A DNA stretch of 60,893 bases, filler included. It is 7 parts of 7 records of this genome, joined end to end, with 100 filler letters (N's around TTAATTAATTAA, not from the genome) between each part and the next. Parts side by side here need not be neighbours in the genome. Positions count along the whole stretch, not along the records: positions 1 to 14,135 come from SRR2962707_1791; positions 14,236 to 19,746 come from SRR2962707_1793; 5 more parts are not named here. One strand, given 5' to 3'. The notes beneath the pieces are model-generated. The model ran no database searches and was not told the origin of the DNA. It was given only the letters and a program-made list of their open reading frames with translations. Both the position numbers and the translations under genes were made by a program. Shown here piece by piece: positions 9,300 to 17,040 of the stretch (positions within the stretch are counted from its first letter, which is position 1; the number at the start of each line of letters is the position of its first letter).

Positions 9300-10982
9300 A
9301 TGAATATTTCAGTAGCACCGGAGCAGTGCGCAGGTACCGGACCGCGACGCAATCTCCTCCTGATCGTTCTTCCCTACCGGGTCGAGCAGCAAGCGGACAC
9401 CAAGAAAAAGGGCGTACGCAGCTTCCTGGCTTTCCCCTACGGCGTGCTTACCATTGCCTCCTACGTGGAACGGGAAGCCGCAGGCGTTCACACCGTCAAC
9501 GTGCTTGATCTCAACATACCGGATTCGAAATCCGAGATCGAACGCATTGCCGAGGCGGTCATCGAGCACCAGATCGATGTCATCGGCTATTCGATGTCCT
9601 ACGACATATCCTTCCGCTGGCTGCTGCGTCTCTCCAGCGCCGTCAGGCAGACCTATCCATCAATCATCCAGATTGCCGGCGGTCCTGCGGTGACAACTGC
9701 CTATGGCGACATTTTCGAGGAAGGCGCCGAACTTGATGCGCTGTGTTATTCCGAGGGCGAAGTCGGCCTGCTCAGCCTGCTCAACGCCGAGGATCCGCAC
9801 GAAGCGCTGAAGCTCGACCCCTGGGTGCTCCCCGATCACAAGACTGCAAAGAAGATGCCGCGGGCCGTCTATGAGGACTTGGACAAGGTGATCAAGGTCA
9901 ACTACGACCTCGTGGACACCAATGCCTACAGTATGAAGGAAGCGTTTTCGCCCTTCGTGAAATATTCCGACGGCTCCAAGCAGTTCTTCCTCGTCACCTC
10001 ACGTGGCTGCCCGTTCAAGTGCAATTTTTGCGCCGAACCGCAGTTTCACGGCGCCAACATGCGTTATGCGTCGGTCGACAACATCATCGAGCATGTCGGC
10101 ATGCTGGTCGAAAAATACGGCCTCAATGTTCTGACCATTTACGACGATCAGTTGCTGATGAACAAGGAGCGGGCCAAGGACCTGTTCCGAAAGCTTGCCC
10201 AGTTCAACATCCGTGTCGAAATGCCCAATGGCGTGACCATGTCCTATATCGACGAGGAACTGGCGAAACTGATGCGGGCGGCAGGTGTCGACACCATCTT
10301 CCTGGCCATCGAATCCGGCTCCAAGCGGGTGCTCAAGGAAATCATCGTCAAGCCGATCTCGTTCGAGCGCATCAAGCCAACGGTGCAGCTGCTGCGCGAT
10401 GTCGGGATATTCACCTGCGCGTTCTTCGTCATCGGGCTTCCCGGTGAAACCGATGCAGAGCGGATGGAGACGCATGACTTCATTCTCGACATGGGTTTCG
10501 ACTGGGCGTTCTTTAACTACGCAACGCCGTTGCGCGGCAGCCGCCTGTTTGAGCAATGCAAGCGAAACGGCTGGCTGGCGCCCGAGTATCTGCGCCTGGG
10601 CGCGGTCGACATGACCGATTATGTCATCAATTCTCCCGGCATCGACAAGGATGCGCTGAAGGAGTTCATGTTCGATCTCAATCTCGAAGCCAATTTCGTC
10701 AAGAACCGCAACATGCGGGTGGGCAACTACAAGCTTGCAGAGACCACCTTCCGCGAAGTGATAAACCGTCACGACGGCCAGCCCTTCGCGCACTATTTCC
10801 TCTCCGAGGCCTACCGCGAGATGGATGCATCCGACAGCCGGATCATGCAGCACGCCAAGCGCTTCCTGGAACTCATTGAACAGGATCCGGAGTGGCTTGG
10901 TCACGCCCAGCGCTGGGGGCTCGACATCGAAAAGATGCGTCGCACAGCCAAGCAGACAGAACCAGCATTCATGACGGCCTGA
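9300..10982 (+). CDS. Cobalamin-binding radical SAM protein (class B methylase-like)
   Basis: N-terminal B12-type domain (PYGVLTIASY, VLDLN, IAGGPAVT, SEGE); TSRGCPFKCNFC; AIESGS; FVIGLPGET; TPLRGS; C-terminal TPR-like helices. Confidence 0.9.
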   Translation: MNISVAPEQCAGTGPRRNLLLIVLPYRVEQQADTKKKGVRSFLAFPYGVLTIASYVEREAAGVHTVNVLDLNIPDSKSEIERIAEAVIEHQIDVIGYSMSYDISFRWLLRLSSAVRQTYPSIIQIAGGPAVTTAYGDIFEEGAELDALCYSEGEVGLLSLLNAEDPHEALKLDPWVLPDHKTAKKMPRAVYEDLDKVIKVNYDLVDTNAYSMKEAFSPFVKYSDGSKQFFLVTSRGCPFKCNFCAEPQFHGANMRYASVDNIIEHVGMLVEKYGLNVLTIYDDQLLMNKERAKDLFRKLAQFNIRVEMPNGVTMSYIDEELAKLMRAAGVDTIFLAIESGSKRVLKEIIVKPISFERIKPTVQLLRDVGIFTCAFFVIGLPGETDAERMETHDFILDMGFDWAFFNYATPLRGSRLFEQCKRNGWLAPEYLRLGAVDMTDYVINSPGIDKDALKEFMFDLNLEANFVKNRNMRVGNYKLAETTFREVINRHDGQPFAHYFLSEAYREMDASDSRIMQHAKRFLELIEQDPEWLGHAQRWGLDIEKMRRTAKQTEPAFMTA

Positions 10983-11249
10983 TCACCGCCAGCCCGCGGT
11001 TTGGCGGATTGCGTCCAGGCCTTCGGGCGCCTTGTGCCCGGTGTCTGGCTGCAGACGGATGATCGTCCACGGCCGTGGCACCACGTGCGGCGCTGGCAAC
11101 GCTTCAGCCGTCTCAGGCGTAACCCGCACAATTGCGCCTGCTTCCGGCATGCTGACGCGACCGTTTGGTTCTGGCTCCAACCAGCCTGACACAAGCTTGT
11201 CTGACTAGGTTTGCCAGCGTTCGACGGCGATTGGTTAGGGTCCATTCCA

Positions 11250-12452
11250 ATGGTATATTTGACAATATGCATTCCCACGCGGAACCGGCAACGCTATTGC
11301 ATCGAAGCCATCAAAGCCATTGCAGCCTCTGAGGGGACTGATTTCGACGTCATCGTCGCGGACAACTCCGACGATCCCGATATCATGAAACAATTTTTCG
11401 CAAATGAATTTTCGGATTCGCGCTTCCGTCTGCTGCCACCGCGCGACCGGGTGCTTTCAATGATCGACAATTGGGAACGCACCATGGAAGAGGTGACCGG
11501 TCGTTGGGTCAGCTTCATTGGTGATGACGACCACATCGATCCGCGCGTGGTCGGCTTGCTGCGCCGGTATGAACGTGAACACAAGGACGTTGATGCAATT
11601 GGCTGGTCGCGCATGCATTACAGCTGGCCCGACAACCGTGTGCGTTCCACCCTCGCCATCGTGCCGTGCGCGCATGACACGCACATTGCTTCCAAGGCGC
11701 TGCTGCAGGACCACTTGTACAAATGGTCCGAGCGCAACAAGCGGCCGTCCTGCGGCTTCGGTATCTATCATGGCGCCCTGCGTCGGTCGCTGATGGAAAA
11801 GATCAAGCGCAAATGCGGCAACCGCTATTTCGAGCATCCTACAGTCGATTTTGAGAACAGTTGCAAAGTCATACACATGGCCAAGAAGCTGATCTATTGC
11901 CAGCGGCCGTTCTCGGTGCTCGGCGCCTGTGCTGCCTCCAACTCGGCAGTCACCCAGTCTTTCGAGGTGGAAAAACAGCGCGTGCAGCAATTTCTCGACG
12001 AGCTCGGCGACGGCATGCAGGTGCAGGGCGACGATTTTCCGTTCTCGCCTTTTCTCCCCGGCCTCTCCATCCTGTCGGGCATTGCCTCGACAACATGGTG
12101 GTATTGCAGAAAATACGGGCTGGACAAGACCGGTTTCGAAGAGAATTTCGTCCACTCCGCCATGGACCATTGCCTGGCCTCACGCAATATCGAGGAATAC
12201 GAGATCAAGGTGGCTGGGCTCCGGATCGGCTTCGACCTCTGGCAGGGAGGGAAATGGGCCCATCTTTTCAACCCGCCGCCGTTCAATCCACCGGTTTCGC
12301 ACAATTCCCTGACCGGTGTTTACGGCAAGACCATCTATGTCCGTGAAAGCGCATTGGACGCCGCAACGCCTGGTGATTTTTACAATTTTGCGCAGAGCTT
12401 CGTCATGCCGGCCGAGCATGTGATCTCTGACCGCAGGGCGTTTGCCGCATGA
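11250..12452 (+). CDS. Glycosyltransferase family 2 (paralogue 1)
   Basis: LTICIPTRNR, VADNSDD, NWE, WVSFIGDDD. Confidence 0.88.
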   Translation: MVYLTICIPTRNRQRYCIEAIKAIAASEGTDFDVIVADNSDDPDIMKQFFANEFSDSRFRLLPPRDRVLSMIDNWERTMEEVTGRWVSFIGDDDHIDPRVVGLLRRYEREHKDVDAIGWSRMHYSWPDNRVRSTLAIVPCAHDTHIASKALLQDHLYKWSERNKRPSCGFGIYHGALRRSLMEKIKRKCGNRYFEHPTVDFENSCKVIHMAKKLIYCQRPFSVLGACAASNSAVTQSFEVEKQRVQQFLDELGDGMQVQGDDFPFSPFLPGLSILSGIASTTWWYCRKYGLDKTGFEENFVHSAMDHCLASRNIEEYEIKVAGLRIGFDLWQGGKWAHLFNPPPFNPPVSHNSLTGVYGKTIYVRESALDAATPGDFYNFAQSFVMPAEHVISDRRAFAA

Positions 12453-13621
12453 AGATCCTCTCTATTTGCATTCCCACCCGCAACCGCCAGATCTACGCCA
12501 TGTCGGCAGTGCGCGAGATGGTCAGGTCGGAGCGCCAGGATTTCGAGATTGTCGTGGCAGACAACTCCGATGACGCGGCGCCGCTGGCTGAATTTTTCGC
12601 AGAACTCAACGATCCGCGAGTGAAGCTCCTTGCACCGGAAGCCGACGTGCTGTCGATGCGCGCAAACTGGGAACGCATGATGCCGCACACCACGGGCGAG
12701 TGGGTGAGCTATATCGGCGATGACGACTATCTGGATCCGGAACTTTGCGAGGTCATCGCGGTGACCACACGCCGGGTGCCGAAGGTTGATGCGATATCCT
12801 GGGGTCGGCTTTATTTCATCTGGCCCGAAGCGCGCCAGCACCGGGAAGTGACCAAGGTGCCGACCGGCAATCACCTGATCGGCGTCGACAAGCAGGAGAT
12901 GATGCGCAAGCTGTTCTTCTGGGAAGATGCCACCGACCGGCCGCAATGCCCCTTCGGCGTCTACCATGGAACGGTTCGCCGCAGCTTGATGGAAGAAATC
13001 CGCGACAGCTTCGGCGGTGTCTATTTCGGCCACCCGATTGTCGATTATGACAACATCTGCCGCACGGTGCTGCTGGCCAAGGGCCTGGTGCATTTCGAGC
13101 GGCCGATGTCGGTGTTTGGCGCCTGCAAAGCCTCCAACACCTTTGGCATGCGCGACGAAAAGGTCGGTGCAGAGCGTCTGAAGACCTTCAAGGCGGAAAT
13201 GGATGGCGTGATCGAAGCGCGCGATTTTCCCTTCCCGCTGGAGCTTGGAATCACTGCTCAGATCGCCCACGTGATCGAATCCTTCAAGCAGCATCAAGGC
13301 ATCGAGATCACCGCCTGGGAGGATAATTTCGTTCGCGCTTGCGCCAATTTTTGCGAAGCCCAGCCGAACCGGGAACTGTTCAACCAGAAGAAGAACGGGT
13401 ACACCGAAGCGATCCGCGAATGGCGTGGCGAAGCCGCTCTCAAGGCGTTCAAGCCGGTTTACAAGACCCGCCAGGACCTGCCGCCCTACATCGGCGTCAA
13501 TGACAAGAAATTGAGCTTTGACATGAGCATCGGCAACGCCCAGTCGGCCGCCGAATTCTATGCCGTTCTCGACGCCATGATGTTTCCCATAGCGCTCCTC
13601 GAAGGCCGTCTCGCCGCCTGA
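12449..13621 (+). CDS. Glycosyltransferase family 2 (paralogue 2)
   Basis: LSICIPTRNR, VADNSDD, NWE, WVSYIGDDD. ATGA overlap with paralogue 1. Confidence 0.88.
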   Translation: MKILSICIPTRNRQIYAMSAVREMVRSERQDFEIVVADNSDDAAPLAEFFAELNDPRVKLLAPEADVLSMRANWERMMPHTTGEWVSYIGDDDYLDPELCEVIAVTTRRVPKVDAISWGRLYFIWPEARQHREVTKVPTGNHLIGVDKQEMMRKLFFWEDATDRPQCPFGVYHGTVRRSLMEEIRDSFGGVYFGHPIVDYDNICRTVLLAKGLVHFERPMSVFGACKASNTFGMRDEKVGAERLKTFKAEMDGVIEARDFPFPLELGITAQIAHVIESFKQHQGIEITAWEDNFVRACANFCEAQPNRELFNQKKNGYTEAIREWRGEAALKAFKPVYKTRQDLPPYIGVNDKKLSFDMSIGNAQSAAEFYAVLDAMMFPIALLEGRLAA

Positions 13622-14109
13622 CGAATGCCTGCATCCGGCTTTTGCAACGCTGTCATCATAGGATCCAGACGCAGGCCGCATGAAATCATATCGACAGCCG
13701 AAATCGCTGTGCTCCCCAATTTTTGGGCCGGATTACGTTGGGTTTTCTCCTGCCGAACTGCGGCACCCTCATCTTCCGTCCAGAACGATCAGAAAGATTT
13801 TCTGTTTTTTGGGGAGTCCGGCTTACGGAATCTTTCTGCACAGATGACATATGAACTGTCACCTGCTCCGCTTGACCATCCTCGCTTCCAGATTAGCCGG
13901 GCCGGTTATGTAGGAGGCAGGCGATGAAACGAACCGGTTTTTCCAAGATTGGCATCGATCCTCGCCTCAACACGGGTTTTCCATGACTACAGTGCAGGCA
14001 TGCGCAAGCAGCATAGAATTGACGACGCCCACCTGGTGGCGAATCGCCGCGGCGAACGCATCAAGCGCAAACACGCCCAAAATGAACCTGTTGATTTGCA
14101 GAGATAAAA

Positions 14110-14135
14110 TGGCGCGCCCGAAAGGATTCGAACCT
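14110..14135 (-). tRNA. 3' portion of a tRNA, probably tRNA-Arg (truncated by the contig end)
   Basis: Minus strand AGGTTCGAATCCTTTCGGGCGCGCCA: T-arm GTTCGAATC, acceptor strand GGGCGCG typical of Arg tRNAs, encoded CCA. Anticodon not visible. Confidence 0.82.
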
Positions 14136-14235
14136 NNNNNNNNNNNNNNNNNNNNNNNNNNNNNNNNNNNNNNNNNNNNTTAATTAATTAANNNNNNNNN
14201 NNNNNNNNNNNNNNNNNNNNNNNNNNNNNNNNNNN
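14136..14235. other. Synthetic contig linker
   Basis: 44 N + TTAATTAATTAA + 44 N. Confidence 0.98.
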
Positions 14236-14269
14236 AAATTCGGTTGACAATGCAATAAAATCGGCGTTT
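14236..14269 (+). promoter_or_regulatory. Putative AraC-type tandem operator, copy 1, overlapping a TTGACA -35 hexamer upstream of the regulator
   Basis: AAATTCGGTTG-N10-AAAATCGGCGTTT; TTGACA at 14244-14249; same motif in reverse at 16850-16883. Confidence 0.65.
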
Positions 14270-14310
14270 TATATATTAGTAACAAATTCTGATTTTTAGA
14301 GATATATAGT

Positions 14311-15036
14311 ATGGATGTTGAGACGATTATTGATAAGGCAGGTGTAAAGCAATTGATTGCTGCATTTGATTTATTACCGGATATTCTGTTCTGGGTAAAA
14401 GATACTGAAAGTAGAATTTTATATGCTAATCAGCACTTTGTTGAGCACCAAGGCTATAAATTGTTAGAGCAAATATTACTGAAAACCGATTTTGATTTTT
14501 CTTCAAAGCACCTTGCATTTCAATATGTGAATGACGATAAACGCGTTATGAACGGCTATATTGTCACCGATCGATTGGAATTAAATCAGACCTCAAATGG
14601 TGAATTAGCTTGGTTCTCAACGTCTAAAAAAATGATCTGTGATGATGACGGCAATCTACTCGGTACGTATGGCATTACACGCCATTTACAGAAAACCTCC
14701 AAGGCGCTTTCTCATGTAAGAGCCATTGAAGGCCCGGTTAATTATATTCGAGAACACTATCATAGAAATATCTGCGTTGAAGAGTTAGCAGAACTTGCTC
14801 ACTTATCTGTTAGTGCATTGGAGCGCCGTTTTAAAAAGCACTTAGCGAAAACACCGAATCAATTTATTAATGAGATACGCCTCGAAAATGCACGTAAGTT
14901 ATTAGTTGAAACACGTTTACCTATTTCACAAATAGCGTATCAGTGTGGTTTTGCTGAACCTAGCTATTTTAGCAAGCAGTTCAGACGCTTATTTGGTGAA
15001 ATTCCATCGCAAATGCGTGCACATATTGAGCGTTAA
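14311..15036 (+). CDS. AraC family regulator with N-terminal PAS domain
   Basis: PAS-like FWVKDTESRILYAN...KTDFDF...GTYGITR; C-terminal double HTH ELAELAHLSVSALERRFKK...IAYQCGFAEPSYFSKQF. Confidence 0.92.
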   Translation: MDVETIIDKAGVKQLIAAFDLLPDILFWVKDTESRILYANQHFVEHQGYKLLEQILLKTDFDFSSKHLAFQYVNDDKRVMNGYIVTDRLELNQTSNGELAWFSTSKKMICDDDGNLLGTYGITRHLQKTSKALSHVRAIEGPVNYIREHYHRNICVEELAELAHLSVSALERRFKKHLAKTPNQFINEIRLENARKLLVETRLPISQIAYQCGFAEPSYFSKQFRRLFGEIPSQMRAHIER

Positions 15037-15908
15037 ATGTGCATTTTGGCTAATTGAATTGCACCTTGCTCAGGAGAATACTGTGCATCACAAAGATAGC
15101 GTTGTGCTTTACTTGATAACCAAGGGGTAATTACTTTTGCGGTGCCGCCCATTAAGGTAATACGTTGATAGCCAAGCTGAGCTAAATGGTCGATATAGCG
15201 GGTAATAAATTGCGCGGCTTGCGTTAATATAATATGTGCTACGGGATCATCTTGCATCTTGAAAACCAAAGGAGCAAAACTTGCAAAGTAGGCTGGTTTT
15301 TCGTTGAGTGCAAGCTCAGTAAGCGAGCTGCTAGTGTCACAACTCAGCTCGATAAGTAGACATTTAATTAATGGACTTGAAGGAGACATCGCGTCTAATA
15401 CTTCCAGTGCATACCTAAATAAACTTAAACCAATCCAACCACCGCTAGCTCCATCACTTAAGAGTAACCCATGACCTCCTAATTCAATGACAGCATTATC
15501 TTTTATCGCGCCTGCACAAAAACCTGTGCCTAATATGATAATTGCACCACTGTTATCGCCATGCGCACCTTGGCAGGCGATATGTAAATCAGTTGAAAAA
15601 TTAAACTGTGCAAATGGGTGTTGCCATTGCGCCATTATGTTTTTTGCGCTATTGATCCCCGCACCAGCAAGACCTGCATAGGCGTTAATCCTAGCAATGG
15701 CAGTGGCTGGTAAATTGGCTTTTTGCAACGCAAGTGCCGTAGCCGCAAGGATTGATTGTTGAGCAACAGAAACTGAAGTGGCAATATTTGCAGGGCCACT
15801 TTGCGCATGCGCAAGTAACACACCGCAGTCGTTTTCGAGTCTTACCTGGCATTTAGTGCCGCCGCCATCAATACCTAAAAACAACGGGGTATGAGATTGA
15901 TTAGTCAT
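15033..15908 (-). CDS. BadF/BcrAD-type sugar kinase (N-acetylglucosamine/glucosamine kinase-like)
   Basis: LGIDGGGTK, GPANI, GLAGA, IILGTG, GGHGLLLSDGASGGWIG. Stop shares TTAA with the convergent AraC stop. Confidence 0.85.
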   Translation of the reverse strand: MTNQSHTPLFLGIDGGGTKCQVRLENDCGVLLAHAQSGPANIATSVSVAQQSILAATALALQKANLPATAIARINAYAGLAGAGINSAKNIMAQWQHPFAQFNFSTDLHIACQGAHGDNSGAIIILGTGFCAGAIKDNAVIELGGHGLLLSDGASGGWIGLSLFRYALEVLDAMSPSSPLIKCLLIELSCDTSSSLTELALNEKPAYFASFAPLVFKMQDDPVAHIILTQAAQFITRYIDHLAQLGYQRITLMGGTAKVITPWLSSKAQRYLCDAQYSPEQGAIQLAKMHI

Positions 15909-15922
15909 GTTTAGTCTGCTCG

Positions 15923-16642
15923 TTATGCGATTTTTTGTAAAATTGAGTTAATTAATACTGGATCCACTAAAGAATCACTATTAAGTACGCCTGAGTAAGT
16001 ATGCAATGAGAGTGAATCTTCACTGCCAAGCTGCCACAAAATATGCGCGTTTTGTGGTGTTACACCGCCGCCTATTACTATCTCGATTTGTCCTTTAGCG
16101 CCTGCGATGATGAACTGTAACTGCTCGATCCCTTGCATTACATTTTTATTTTCAGTCCAGGGGGTGCCATTGGTTAGAATACGGTCAATCCCGAGTTCGC
16201 TTAAAATGCGTATCGCACTACGTCTATCAGCAATACAATCGAAAGCGCGGTGAAAAGTGGTGGCCAGTTGATAGTGTTTAGCGCACTGAATCAATGTTGA
16301 TGTAGCTGCTACATCAAGTTGATTGCCAACAATTGCGCCAAAAACGACTCCTGTGGCACCTAATTGCGCTGCGCGCGCTATCTCGCTAGTCATCGTTTTA
16401 AGTAACGCAGCGTCAACATTAAAGTGATCCGCGATTGGCCTAACCATGACAAGTAACTCACCATTTGCGGGCAATGCTTTTGCTGCAATTTCAATTTCAC
16501 CTGTCGCTGGACTTAGCCCATCTAGATGCATTGCAGCACACAATTCGATGCGCCGTGCACCTGCACTAAATGCTGTTTTAACATTATTCGCTAAATTTAT
16601 ATGATCATCTGCATTTAAACAAATTTCTAAATTTTTACCCAT
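15923..16642 (-). CDS. cutC: CutC family protein
   Basis: LEIC, GARRIELC...GLSP, VMVRP, GVVFG, TFHRAFD, RILTNG, IVIGGGV. Confidence 0.9.
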   Translation of the reverse strand: MGKNLEICLNADDHINLANNVKTAFSAGARRIELCAAMHLDGLSPATGEIEIAAKALPANGELLVMVRPIADHFNVDAALLKTMTSEIARAAQLGATGVVFGAIVGNQLDVAATSTLIQCAKHYQLATTFHRAFDCIADRRSAIRILSELGIDRILTNGTPWTENKNVMQGIEQLQFIIAGAKGQIEIVIGGGVTPQNAHILWQLGSEDSLSLHTYSGVLNSDSLVDPVLINSILQKIA

Positions 16643-16849
16643 CGAGTAATTCCATAATCTTGAGCTGACTGATTTCGATAAATTATTTAACATTCGAATT
16701 GTAATTTAAATAATAAAATATAGCATTAAAATTCAATCGGTTAGCTTTTGTTTTTGCGTATTTTTTATACTGTAAAAATGTGTAACTAACTAATTCTTCA
16801 GTTTGTAACTATAAATGAGCTGACTATAAATTGGATCTGTTTTTTAGCT

Positions 16850-16883
16850 AAACGCCGATTTTGTCCTGCTAGCAACCGAATTT
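16850..16883 (-). promoter_or_regulatory. Putative AraC-type tandem operator, copy 2, in the cutC/TBDR divergent intergenic region
   Basis: Reverse complement is AAATTCGGTTG-CTAGCAGGAC-AAAATCGGCGTTT: both arms identical to 14236-14269 with the same 10-nt spacer. Confidence 0.65.
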
Positions 16884-17040
16884 CTATTATCACTTTCTTT
16901 AACAGAACCCTATTCTGGAAATGTAGTTTAACAAGCCATTAACCCTCATAGAAATTATCTAAGCAATACATAGTTGTCTTTATGAAGGCTCTGATGTGAA
17001 TAAAAATAACCAAGCACACACAATAATAAGGGAAATTTAT

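Noticed and set aside
12380-13681. 433-aa minus-strand ORF, and similar ones such as 9999-10904 and 11457-12170
   Set aside because: Antisense shadows of well-supported genes.
14180-14191. Recurrent TTAATTAATTAA as a biological repeat or CtrA site
   Set aside because: Artificial all-frame stop spacer inside the N linkers.
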